Shown here: positions 44,776-56,654 of the stretch, in pieces
How positions within the stretch are numbered: position 1 is the stretch's first letter
Layout of the letters: every line of letters begins with the position of its first letter
Assembly (NCBI GenBank): GCA_038087875.1
Contig: JAXLNO010000408.1
Location: forward strand, 124,001 to 188,000
Direction of reading: 5' to 3'
Source of the DNA: Malacoraja senta
Taxonomy: Eukaryota
Length of the DNA: 64,000 bases
Notes under the pieces: model-generated
The model's database searches: none
What the model saw: the letters and a program-made list of their open reading frames with translations, nothing else
Told to the model about the DNA's origin: nothing
Made by a program: the position numbers and the translations under genes

Positions 44776-44792
44776 TTTAAATGGGGAAGTGA
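44776..44792. promoter_or_regulatory. Putative V promoter: TATA-like TTTAAA next to an ETS/PU.1-like GGGGAAGTG
   Basis: About 90 nt upstream of the outermost ATG. No octamer seen, consistent with cartilaginous-fish IgH promoters. Confidence 0.35.
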
Positions 44793-45084
44793 GCTGTGAG
44801 TGTGAGTGAGAGAGAGAGAGAGAGAGAGAGGGGGAGGGGGACGCGGCTTGAACACGTCCCCACCCACTGACACCAGAGGCGCGGCTTCCTGTCCCTGCCC
44901 CCAGCACCCAGTTCAATTCCCCAAATCATGTTCGTCTCCACAACAGGCGGCGGGTGGAGGGGCAATGATGAGATCCGGATTAAAGATCGATCCCACTCTG
45001 CTCCATCCACTCATTACAATGCTGAACACTTTGTGGAGCAAGAGGACACTCAGATACCCCAGTGAGGGGCTGAGTTAAAAGTCG

Positions 45085-45957
45085 GTGTACAGTTATCCAC
45101 CCCCCTGAGAGAGGGGGCTGAGAGACACCGGTCAGTGTACAGATATCCATCCCGCTGAGAGAGGGGGCTGAGAGACACCGGTCAGTGTACAGTTATCCAT
45201 CCCCCTGAGAGAGGGGGCTGAGAGACACCGGTCAGTGTACAGATATCCATCCCCCTGAGAGAGGGGGCTGAGAGACACCGGTCAGTGTACAGATATCCAT
45301 CCCCCTGAGAGAGGGGGCTGAGAGACACCGGTCAGTGTACAGATATCCATCCCCCTGAGAGAGGGGGCTGAGAGACACTGGTCAGTGTACAGATATCCAT
45401 CCCCCTGAGAGAGGGGGCTGAGAGACACCGGTCAGTGTACAGATATCCATCCCCCTGAGAGAGACACCGGTCAGTGTACAGATATCCATCCCCCTGAGAG
45501 AGGGGGCTGAGAGACACCGGTCAGTGTACAGATATCCATCCCCCTGAGAGAGGGGGCTGAGAGACACTGGTCAGTGTACAGTTATCCACCCCCCTGAGAG
45601 AGGGGGCTGAGAGACACCGGTCAGTGTACAGATATCCATCCCCCTGAGAGACACCGGTCAGTGTACAGATATCCATCCCCCTGAGAGACACCGGTCAGTG
45701 TATAGATATCCCCCAGAGAGAGGGACTGAGAGACGGTCAGTGTACAGATATCCCCCTGAGAGAGAGACAGAGACTGGTCAGTGTACAGATATCCCCCTGA
45801 GAGAGAGACTGAGAGACGGTCAGTGTACAGATATCCCCCTGAGAGACAGAGACCGGTCAGTGTATAGATATCCCCCAGACAGAGGGACTGAGAGACTGGT
45901 CAGTGTACAGATATCCCCCTGAGAGAGAGACAGAGACCGGTCAGTGTACAGATCTCC
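45085..45957. repeat. ~50-bp minisatellite upstream of V
   Basis: GGTCAGTGTACAGATATCCATCCCCCTGAGAGAGGGGGCTGAGAGACACC and deletion variants. Confidence 0.95.
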
Positions 45958-45984
45958 TGGTGAGTGAGAGGGATTGAGACACCA

Positions 45985-46515
45985 AATTTGAGGAAGGACA
46001 TTCTTGCCATTGAGGGAGGGCAGCGTAGGTTCACCAGGTTAATTCCCGGGATGGAGGGACTGACATATGATGAAAGGATGGGTCAACTGGGCTTGTATTT
46101 ACTGGAAGTTAGAAGGATGCGAGGGTATCTTACAGAAACATATAACATTCTTAAAGGATTGGACAGCCTGGATGCAGGAAAAATGTTCCTGGTGTTGGGG
46201 GGGAGTCCAGAACCAGGGGGTCTCACAGTTCAAGAATAAGCTGGAGGCCATTTAGGACAGAGATGAGGAAAAACCTTTTCACCCAGAGAGTTGTGAATCT
46301 GCGGAATTCTCTGCCACAGACAGCAGTGGAGGCCGGTTCACTGGATGTTTCCATGAGAGAGTTAGATAGAGCTCTTTGGGCTAAAGGAATCAGGGGATAT
46401 GGGGAGAAGGCAGGAACGGGGTACTGATTGGGGATGATCAGCCGTGATCACATTGAATGGCGGTGCTGGATCGAAGGGCCGAATGGCCTCCTCCTGCACC
46501 TGTTTTTCTATGTTT
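45985..46515 (+). mobile_element. CR1 3' fragment
   Basis: PNLRKDILAIEGGQRRFTRLIPGMEGLTYDERM. Confidence 0.85.
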
Positions 46516-46539
46516 CAACCAGACAGTGTGTTGAGTTTG

Positions 46540-48060
46540 AGTTGAGTTTATTGTCACATGTAGCGAGGTCCAGTGAAAAGCTTTTGTTGAGTGTGAACTA
46601 GTCAACGGACAGACAATACATGATTACAATCGAGCCGTCCACAGTAAATATATACCTGATGTAGGGAATAATGTCAATGAACTTCAGTGCAAGATAAAGC
46701 CAGTAAATTCCGATCAAAGGTAATCCGGGGGGTCTCCAATGAGTTAGATAGTAGTCTGGTTATGGTAGGATGGTTCAATTGCCAGATAACAGATGGGAAG
46801 AAACTGTCCCTGAACCTGGAGGTGTGCGTTTGTTTTCACACTTCTATACCTCTTGCCCGATGGGAGAGGGGAGAAGTGGGAGTGACCGGTGTGAGACTTG
46901 TCCTTGATGATGCTGCTGGCCTTTCTCAGGCAGCGTGAGGTATAAATGGAGTCAATGGAAGGGAGGTTGGTTTGTGTGACGGTCTGGGCTGCAACTGTCC
47001 ACAATTTGCTGCAACTTCTTGTGTGGTCTTGGATGGAGCTGTTCCCAAACCGTGCCGTGAATCTTGCCGATAAAATGCTTTCTACGGCACATGTGTAGAA
47101 GTTGGTGAGAGTTGTTGGGGATTTGCCGAACTTCCTAAGCCTTCTAAAGTAGTAGAGGGCGCACAAAAATGCTGGAGAAACTCAGCGGGTGCAGCAGCAT
47201 CTATGGAGCGAAGGAAATAGGCAACGTTTTTCGGGCCGAAACCCTACTTCAGACTGATAGGGGGTGGGGAGAAGAAAGGAAAAAAGGAAAAAGGCGGAGG
47301 AGGAGCCCGAGGGCTGGGGGAGGGGAGGAGACAACCAGAGGGCTGATGAAGGGGAGGGGACAGCAAGGGCTAGCAGAATTGGGAGAATTCAATGTTCAAG
47401 CCCCCAGGATGTAGACTGCCCAAGCGGAATATGAGGTGCATTTCCTCCAATCTCCGGTGTTGCTCGCTGTGGCCATGGAGGAGACCCAGGTCAGAGAGGT
47501 CAGATACGGAATGGGAGGGGGAGTTGAAGTGCTGAGGTCAAATTGGTCATTGCGGACCGAGTAGTAGAGGCGTTGGTGTTCTTTCTTGGCCATTGCTTTA
47601 ATATGGGTGATCCAGGAGAAGTTGTTGGTGATATTGGTTCCTAGGAATTTGAAGCTTTCAACCATCTCTACTGGGGCATGTGAATCGCTTCACTTCCTGA
47701 AGTCCATCACCACCTCCTTTGTCTTGCTGACATTGAGAGAAAGGTCACCCAGGTCACAAGGTTCACGATCTCCTTCCTGTACTCTGTCTCATCATTATTT
47801 GATATCCGGTCCACAATGGCGATGGCGTCAGTGAATTTGTAAATGTAATTAGATTTGTACGTGGCTGCGTAGAAGGAGTAAAGAAGGGGGCTGAGCACCG
47901 GTGTTAAGGATTGTCGCAGAGGGTAATTTGTCCCCTATCTTCACTGACCGGGGTCTGTTGGTCAGGAAGTCCAAATTTGGACATAGATGAATTGTGGCCA
48001 TCACACAAGCCAACCTCCCTCCTATTGACTCCATTTATACCTCACGCTGCCTCGGCAACG
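46540..48060 (-). mobile_element. Rex1/Babar LINE fragments with a nested Penelope fragment (about 47161-47550)
   Basis: LYYFRRLRKFGKSPTTLTNFYTCAVESIL; VESFKFLGTNIT; the PLE piece contains CTGAAGTAGGGTTTCGGCCCGAAAAACGTT. Confidence 0.7.
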
Positions 48061-48072
48061 TCAACAGCTACA

Positions 48073-48622
48073 GTTTTGGTCTCCAAATCTGAGGAAGGAC
48101 ATTATAGCCATAGAGGGAGCACAGAGAAGGTTCACCAGACTGATTCCTGGGATGTCAGGACTTTCATATGAAGAAAGACTGGATAGACTCGGCTTGTACT
48201 CGCTAGAATTTAGGAGATTGAGAGGGGATCTTATAGAAACGTACAGAATTCTTATGGGGTTGGACAGGCTAGATGCAGGAAGATTGTTCCCGATGTTGGG
48301 GAAGTCCAGGACAAGGGGTCACAGCTTAAGGATAAGGGGGAAATCCTTTAAGACCGAGATGAGGAAAAACTTTTTCACACAGAGAGTGGTGAATCTCTGG
48401 AACTCTCTGCCACAGAGGGTAGTTGAGGCCAGTTCATTGGCTATATTTAAGAGGGAGTTAGATGTGGCCCTTGTGGCTAAAGGGATCAGGGGGTATGGAG
48501 AGAAGGCAGGTACAGGATACTGAGTTGGATGATCAGCCATGATCATATTGAATGGACCGCCAAATGGCCGAAGGGCCGAATGGCCTACTCCTGCACCTAT
48601 TGTCTATGTATCTATGTATCTA
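48073..48622 (+). mobile_element. Young CR1 3' fragment
   Basis: ORF 48152-48523. Confidence 0.88.
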
Positions 48623-49581
48623 TGTAACAGCTTAATCAAGGACGAGTCACTGTCTGGCCACTCACTCTTATCCCCTCTCCCTTCAGGCAAAAGGTATGGA
48701 AGTGTGAAAACGCACACCTCCAGATTCAGACAGTTGTTAGCAGCTGTTATCAGGCAACTGAATCATCCCACCACAACCAGAGAGCAGTGCTGAACTACAA
48801 TCTACCTCATTGGTGACCCTCGGACTATGCGTGATTGGACTTTGCTGGCTCTACCAGCAACTAAAGGTTATTCTCTTATCATGTGTCTATACAGTAAATG
48901 GCTCGATTGTAATCATGTATTGTCCTTCTGCTGACAGGGGTAGCACAAAACAGAAGCTTTGTACTGTACCTCGGTACTAATGACACTAAACTGGAGTCGA
49001 TGATCCAGTTGCAGAGATGAGTGCTGACTCGAAGTCCCTCGAGATTGGTGATAAACTTGGAAGGTATAATGGTGTTAAATGAGCTTGGATGGTATAATGG
49101 TGTTGACTGTAGATATCCCATGAAAGAGGGACAGGGAGACAGCAGTCACATGTAGAGATATCCCCCTTGACAGTGAGGGACTGAGGGACACCAAGCAGTT
49201 GACAGATAACAAGCTGAGCGAGAGAGGGACTGGGAGACATTGGTCGTGTACAGATAACAAGCTGAGAGAGAGTGGGAGTAAAGTTTACCAGTCAGTATAC
49301 AGATAACCCTCCGAGAGAAAGGAACAGACAGTGAAAGCTGCCGGTCAGTACAAAGATAGCCCCGAGTGAGAAATGACTGAAAGAGCCCACACCGTGAGGG
49401 AAAGGGACTCAATCGATAAATCGAATTAGCTGGATCTTCTGCTTCCACCAACCTTGGATGAATCAATGTGAACCAGAATTTCTTGGGTGGAAGGAGGATT
49501 ATATACCGATCAGGAATTTCCTCTCTCAGAGATTCAAATAGAATTTCAGCACTCACTAGTGGACAGGAGTCCGCTTGCTTA

Positions 49582-52500
49582 AGGGCCTGTCCCACCAGCA
49601 TGCGACTGCATGCGTCTAGCGCGACCAAACATGGTGGCTTGAGCCATACGGGCCTCGCGGGGCCGGTCCCACTTCCAACCGCGGGGCCGTGTGGAGTTGT
49701 GCGGGTCCGTCTGGAGTTGTGTGGGGTCGTCTGGAGTTGTGCGGGGCAGTGTGGAGTTGTGCGGGGCCGTGTGGAGTTGTGCGGTGCCGTGTGGAGTTGT
49801 GCGGGGCCGTGTGGAGTTGTGCGGGGCCGTGTGGAGTTGTGCGGGGCAGTGTGGAGTTGTGCGGGGCCGTCTGGAGTTGTGCGGGGCAGTGTGGAGTTGT
49901 GCGGGGCCGTGTGGAGTTGTGCGGGGCCGTGTGGAGTTGTGCGGGGCCGTGTGGAGTTGTGCGGGGCAGTGTGGAGTTGTACGGGGCCGTGTGGAGTTGT
50001 GCGGGGCCACATGGAGTTGTGCGGGGCCGTGTGGAGTTGTACGGGGCCGTGTGGAGTTGTGCGGGGCCGTGTGGAGTTGTGCGGGGCCGTGTGGAGTTGT
50101 GCGGGGCCGTGTGGAGTTGTGCGGGGCCGTGTGGAGTTGTGCGGGGCCGTGTGGAGTTGTGCGGGGCCGTGTGGAGTTGTGCGGGGCCGTCTGGTGTTGT
50201 GCGGGGCCGTGTGGAGTTGTGCGGGGCCGTGTGGAGTTGTGCGGGGCCGTGTGGAGTTGTGCGGGGCCGTGTGGAGTTGTGTGGGGCAGTGTGGAGTTGT
50301 GTGGGGCTGTGTGGAGTTGTGCGGGGCCCTGTGGAGTTGTGCGGGGCCGTGTGGAGTTGTGCGGGGCCGTGTGGAGTTGTGTGGGGTGGGGCCGTGTGGG
50401 GTTGTGCGGGGCCGTGTGGAGTTGTGCGGGGCCGTGTGGAGTTGTGCGGGGCCGTGTGGAGTTGTGCGGGGCCGTCTGTAGTTGTGCGGGGCCGTGTGGA
50501 GTTGTGCGGGGCCGTGTGGAGTTGTGCGGGGCCGTGTGGAGTTGTGCGGGGCCGTGTGGAGTTGTGCGGGGCCGTGTGGAGTTGTGTGGAGTTGTGTGGG
50601 GCCGTGTGGAGTTGTGCGGGGCCGTGTGGAGTTGTGTGGGGCCGTGTGGAGTTGTGCGGGGCCGTGTGGAGTTGTGCGGGGCCCTGTGGAGTTGTGCGGG
50701 GCCACATGGAGTTGTGCGGGGCCGTGTGGAGTGTGGAGTTGTGTGGGGCCGTGTGGAGTTGTGCGGGGCCGTGTGGAGTTGTGTGGGGCCGTGTGGAGTT
50801 GTGCGGGGCCGTGTGGAGTTGTGCGGGGCCGTGTGGAGTTGTGTGGGGCCGTGTGGAGTTGTGTGGGGCCGTGTGGAGTTGTGCGGGGCCGGCTGGAGTT
50901 GTGCGGGGCCGTGTGGAGTTGTGCGGGGCCGTGTGGAGTTGTGTGGGGCCGTGTGGAGTTGTGCGGGGCAGTGTGGAGTTGTGTGGAGTTGTGCGGGGCC
51001 GTGTGGAGTTGTGCGGGGCCGTGTGGAGTTGTGCGGGGCCGTGTGGGGCCGTGTGGAGTTGTGTGGAGTTGTGCGGGGCCGTGTGGAGTTGTGTGGGGCC
51101 GTGTGGAGTTGTGCGGGGCCGTGTGGAGTTGTGCGGGGCAGTGTGGAGTTGTGCGGGGCAGTGTGGAGTTGTGTGGAGTTGTGCGGGGCCGTGTGGAGTT
51201 GTGCGGGGCCGTGTGGAGTTGTGCGGGGCCGTGTGGAGTTGTGCGGGGTGATGTGTGGAGTTGTGCGGGGTGATGTGTGGAGTTGTGCGGGGCCATGTGG
51301 AGTTGTGCGGGGCCGTGTGGTTGTGCGGGGCCGTGTGGTTGTGCGGGGCCGTGTGGAGTTGTGCGGGGCCGTGTGGAGTTGTGCGGGGCAGTGTGGAGTT
51401 GTGCGGGGCCGTGTGGTTGTGCGGGGCCGTGTGGTGTTGTGCGGGGCCGTGTGGTGTTGTGCGGGGCCGTGTGGAGTTGTGCGGGGCCGTGTGGAGTTGT
51501 GCGGGGCCGTGTGGAGTTGTGCGGGGCCGTGTGGAGTTGTGCGGGGCCGTGTGGAGTTGTGCGGGGCCGTGTGGAGTTGTGCCGGGGCCGTGTGGAGTTG
51601 TGCGGGGCCGTGTGGAGTTGTGCGGGGCAGTGTGGAGTTGTGCGGGGCCGTGTGGTTGTGCGGGGCCGTGTGGTGTTGTGCGGGGCCGTGTGGAGTTGTG
51701 CGGGGCCGTGTGGAGTTGTGCGGGGCCGTGTGGAGTTGTGCGGGGCCGTGTGGAGTTGTGCGGGGCCGTGTGGAGTTGTGCGGGGCCGTGTGGAGTTGTG
51801 CGGGGCCGTGTGGAGTTGTGCCGGGGCCGTGTGGAGTTGTGCGGGGCCGTGTGGAGTTGTGCGGGGCCATGTGGAGTTGTGCGGGGCAGTGTGGAGTTGT
51901 GCGGGGCCGTGTGGAGTTGTGCGGGGCCGTGTGGAGTTGTGCGGGGCAGTGTGGAGTTGTGCGGGGCCGTGTGGAGTTGTGCGGGGCCGTGTGGAGTTGT
52001 GCGGGGCCGTGTGGAGTTGTGCGGGGCCGTGTGGAGTTGTGCGGGGCCGTGTGGAGTTGTGCGGGGCCGTGTGGAGTTGTGCGGGGCCGTGTGGAGTTGT
52101 GCGGGGCCGTGTGGAGTTGTGCGGGGCAGTGTGGAGTTGTGCGGGGCCGTGTGGAGTTGTGCGGGGCAGTGTGGAGTTGTGCGGGGCCGTGTGGAGTTGT
52201 GCGGGGCCGTGTGGAGTTGTGCGGGGCCGTGTGGAGTTGTGCGGGGCCGTGTGGAGTTGTGCGGGGCAGTGTGGAGTTGTGCGGGGCCGTGTGGAGTTGT
52301 GCGGGGCCGTGTGGAGTTGTGCGGGGCCGTGTGGAGTTGTGCGGGGCCGTGTGGAGTTGTGCGGGGTGATGTGTGGAGTTGTGCGGGGTGATGTGTGGAG
52401 TTGTGTGGGGCCGTGTGGAGTTGTGCGGGGCCGTGTGGAGTTGTGCGGGGTGATGTGTGGAGTTGTGCGGGGTGATGTGTGGAGTTGTGCGGGGCCGTGT

Positions 52501-54211
52501 GGAGTTGTGCGGGGCCGTGTGGAGTTGTGCGGGGTGATGTGTGGAGTTGTGCGGGGTGATGTGTGGAGTTGTGTGGGGCCGTGTGGAGTTGTGCGGGGCC
52601 GTGTGGAGTTGTGCGGGGCCGTGTGGAGTTGTGCGGGGCCGTGTGGAGTTGTGCGGGGTGATGTGTGGAGTTGTGCGGGGTGATGTGTGGAGTTGTGCGG
52701 GGTGATGTGTGGAGTTGTGCGGGGCCATGTGGAGTTGTGCGGGGCAGTGTGGAGTTGTGCGGGGCCGTGTGGAGTTGTGCGGGGCCGTGTGGAGTTGTGC
52801 CGGGGCCGTGTGGAGTTGTGCGGGGCCGTGTGGAGTTGTGCGGGGCCGTGTGGAGTTGTGCGGGGCAGTGTGGAGTTGTGCGGGGCCGTGTGGAGTTGTG
52901 CGGGGCCGTGTGGAGTTGTGCGGGGCAGTGTGGAGTTGTGCGGGGCCGTGTGGAGTTGTGCGGGGTGATGTGTGGAGTTGTGCGGGGTGATGTGTGGAGT
53001 TGTGCGGGGTGATGTGTGGAGTTGTGCGGGGTGATGTGTGGAGTTGTGCGGGGTGATGTGTGGAGTTGTGCGGGGCCGTGTGGAGTTGTGCGGGGCAGTG
53101 TGGAGTTGTGCGGGGCCGTGTGGAGTTGTGCGGGGCCGTGTGGAGTTGTGCGGGGCCGTGTGGAGTTGTGCGGGGCCGTGTGGAGTTGTGCGGGGCCGTG
53201 TGGAGTTGTGCGGGGCCGTGTGGAGTTGTGCGGGGCCGTGTGGAGTTGTGCGGGGCCGTGTGGAGTTGTGCGGGGCCGTGTGGAGTTGTGCGGGGCCCTG
53301 TGGAGTTGTGCGGGGCCGTGTGGAGTTGTGCGGGGCCGTGTGGAGTTGTGCGGGGCCATGTGGAGTTGTGCGGGGCCGTGTGGAGTTGTGCGGGGCCGTG
53401 TGGAGTTGTGCGGGGCCGTGTGGAGTTGTGCGGGGCCGTGTGGAGTTGTGCGGGGCCGTGTGGAGTTGTGCGGGGCCGTGTGGAGTTGTGCGGGGCCGTG
53501 TGGAGTTGTGCGGGGCCGTGTGGAGTTGTGCGGGGCCGTGTGGAGTTGTGCGGGGCAGTGTGGAGTTGTGTGGAGTTGTGCGGGGCCGTGTGGAGTTGTG
53601 CGGGGCCGTGTGGAGTTGTGCGGGGCCGTGTGGAGTTGTGCGGGGCCGTGTGGAGTTGTGCGGGGCCGTGTGGAGTTGTGCGGGGCCATGTGGAGTTGTG
53701 CGGGGCAGTGTGGAGTTGTGCGGGGCCGTGTGGAGTTGTGCGGGGCCGTGTGGAGTTGTGCGGGGCCGTGTGGAGTTGTGCGGGGCCGTGTGGAGTTGTG
53801 CGGGGCCGTGTGGAGTTGTGCGGGGCCGTGTGGAGTTGTGCGGGGCCGTGTGGAGTTGTGCGGGGCCGTGTGGAGTTGTGCGGGGCCCTGTGGAGTTGTG
53901 CGGGGCCGTGTGGAGTTGTGCGGGGCCCTGTGGAGTTGTGCGGGGCCGTGTGGAGTTGTGCCGGGCTGGTCCGGTCCCGACATCATACTCACCAATCAGC
54001 TGGGCAGGAGGCGGGCCGACTGAATTTGGACGCGGAATTTTTGAACACTGTCAGTTTTCCGGAGCCCCGCGCGATGTCGGGACCAGCTCCGCACAACTCC
54101 ATACGGCTCCGGCGATCGAAGTGGGACCGGCCCCGCGAGGCCCGTACGGCTCAAGCGACCACGTTAGGTCGTGCTAGACGCATGCAGTCGCATACTCGTG
54201 GGACAGGCCCT
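49582..54211. mobile_element. PIF/Harbinger-like MITE with ~100-bp inverted arms enclosing a satellite
   Basis: TIR AGGGCCTGTCCCAC at both ends; TSD TTA at 49579-49581 and 54212-54214; arm motifs CATGCGACTGCATGCGTCTAGC and GGGCCTCGCGGGGCCGGTCCCACTTC are mirrored. Confidence 0.85.
49681..53961 (+). repeat. 20-bp satellite (GTGGAGTTGTGCGGGGCCGT)n, about 210 copies
   Basis: Direct reading; 22-bp GGGGTGATGT variants cluster in sub-arrays. Confidence 0.98.
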
Positions 54212-54739
54212 TTACTGTGAGAAAACCCTTTGATCTGTGTCAGCCCTGGGTCTTTTGTTCCAAGTTTTCCCAACACTAAGAGAAGCAGTTGTACTGAGAA
54301 ACGGGAGGCTGCCCAGTCAAGGGGGCAGCCAAGTGCTGCTGGACGGGTCAATGGCAGGAAATCCCAGGGAGATCGTTCTGTGCAGCATCTGTTCCTAGTT
54401 CAGAATCATGGTCTCACAACAGTTCTAAATCATGAACCTCCAACAGACATAGAGCAACAAACACAGCTCAATCCAACTCCCATGGCAGCTAAACAGATGT
54501 CCTGTTACCCTTTCAACCTCACTTTTACCATTGCCATTTGTCCGTTTACAGGAACTTGGGACAGTTAATGGAGACGTCTTGAGGACGGTGCGTATTATGG
54601 ACATGGAGGTGCTCGATGTCCTCAGGCGTATGACAGTAGATAAGGCCTATGAAGATTGTACAAAACATTGATGTCTGGAATACATTACCAGGGGAAGTTG
54701 TGGAAGCAGATACGACAGCAATGATTAAAACAGATGTAT

Positions 54740-56545
54740 TGGATGAAGCAATGCAGATAAAAGCTGAATCAGCAAACTTAATATCATATTTGTATAATAT
54801 TATTTTAAATGTAGAAATACCATCTACGGAAGGTATTAGAAGAGACTGGGAACAAGAGTTAGCTATTAAAATCTCAAAGGAAAGGTGGAATGAACATTTA
54901 TTAAACGTGCATAAATGCTCGATGAATGTAAGACACACTTTAATACAATTTAAAATTTTTCAAAGATTATATTATTCTAAAACTAAAATCAATAAAAATT
55001 TCCCAAATGTATCATCAATTTGTGATAAATGTCAATCTCAAGAAGCTACTATAGTGCCCTCATTTGTTTTCTGTACAAAAATTCAAAAATTTTGGATTGA
55101 AATTTTTGAAATCTTTACAAAATTATTTAAAATTACACTGATACCCAAAGCAGAAAGGATTATCTTCGGAACAACGGAAGATAGTCCAGAACTAAATGTG
55201 TTCCAAAAGAAATTAATAGATTATGGGTTAATAACTGGAAAAAAGTTAATCCTAAAATTCTGGAAAAAGGCTCCAATACCAACTATAATATACCAACTAC
55301 CAATACCAGATGACCTGACGTCCACGACCAACACCACAGCACTGGTCAAGAGAGCCCAGCAGCGACTACACCCTCTCCGAAGACTACGTAAAGCAGGTCT
55401 CCCCACTACACACCTACGAACTTTTTATAGGGGGACAATCGAGAGCACATTAACCTACGGCATCACTTCCTGGTTCGGGAGCTGCAAGGCGTACGAACGG
55501 CACCAACTAGACAGGATTGTGAAGACCGCCAGCAGGATTATTGGTGCTCCACTCCCTTTCCTGCTGGACATATACAGGAAGAGATGTATCAGCAGAGCCA
55601 TCTCCATCATCAAAGACCCCTACCACCCATCCCATCACATATTCTCCATCCTGCCATCTGGGAAGAGGTACCGGAGCATTAGGTGCAAAACCAGCAGGAT
55701 GCTCCTCAGCTTCTTCCCGCAGGTTATAAGACTGATAAACGGACTTTGCCCCCTGCCAAAGTATCGTGCACCAACCACCAACCTGGACACACTGCAGCAG
55801 AGCCACTGTCGTGCCGCTGCCGATCGGAACGCCTGTTGATGTTTAGTAGAGTAGAGTGTTCATTTGTTCATGATATATGTATTTTTACTTCTATTTATTT
55901 TTTACTGCACACTGAAATGGACACTGGTTGAGGAACGTTTTTATGTTTCCTCTGGGTATGTGAATACTCAGGAAATGACAATAAAGATATACAATACAAT
56001 ATAAATATGTGGATTTCAAATATGTTTGAAACATTACACCTAGAAGAGATAAGACTCCTCCTGGCAGATAAACCAGATCACTTCCACCTGACGTGGTCTG
56101 CATTTATAGAATTATTACAAGTATAGGGTGCAAAAGTACTAAAAAAACCTGAGGTCGGGTGCGGGGGGATGAAAGCTGGAGGGTTGGTATGTCCCATTTG
56201 CGTGATGCTTATAACAAAGTATTTGTTTTTCTCTTTTTTCTTCTTCTTTAAGGTTTATTTCTTAACTCTTTCCTTTTGTGTTTAATTTCTTTCTTATAGG
56301 GTCTTTGTCTTTTTTTTTTTTTTTCCCCCACGTTTTTTACACTTGCACTTTTTTCCTTCACTTTCTCCTTTCTCTCAATCTCATCCTTTCCCTTTATTAG
56401 TGTAGAAAATAAAGGGAGTACATTAATTGTAATAAGATATATGTGATGAGTACTAGTGTAATTGGTTGTAATGTAATGTACTTCTAATAAATAAAAATAA
56501 AAAAATTAAAAAATTAAAACATTAAAATTAAAAAATTTTAAAAAG
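54740..56545 (+). mobile_element. L1/Tx1-type LINE 3' end, interrupted by a Rex1/Babar insertion (about 55291-56000)
   Basis: IQFKIFQRLYYS...CDKC...SFVFCTKIQKFW (CCHC-like C-terminus) resumes at about 56001 as INMWISNMFETLHLEEIR...TWSAFIELLQV*, followed by a T-rich UTR and A-rich tail. Confidence 0.8.
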
Positions 56546-56654
56546 GCATTTAGACATATACACAGGCCAGACTAATTTATGGAAGACAGAGATAGATTAG
56601 ACATTCAGTATTTTCTTTCTCCCGGGGTATGAATGTTTTGATTCCACTTACATA

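Noticed and set aside
49146-54220. Very long ORFs (up to 1459 aa) on both strands
   Set aside because: Stop-free translations of the 20-bp satellite; no evidence of a gene.
54649-55839. 396-aa ORF
   Set aside because: Chance in-frame fusion of a CR1 tail, an L1/Tx1 C-terminus and a nested Rex1/Babar fragment; the L1 frame resumes at about 56001.
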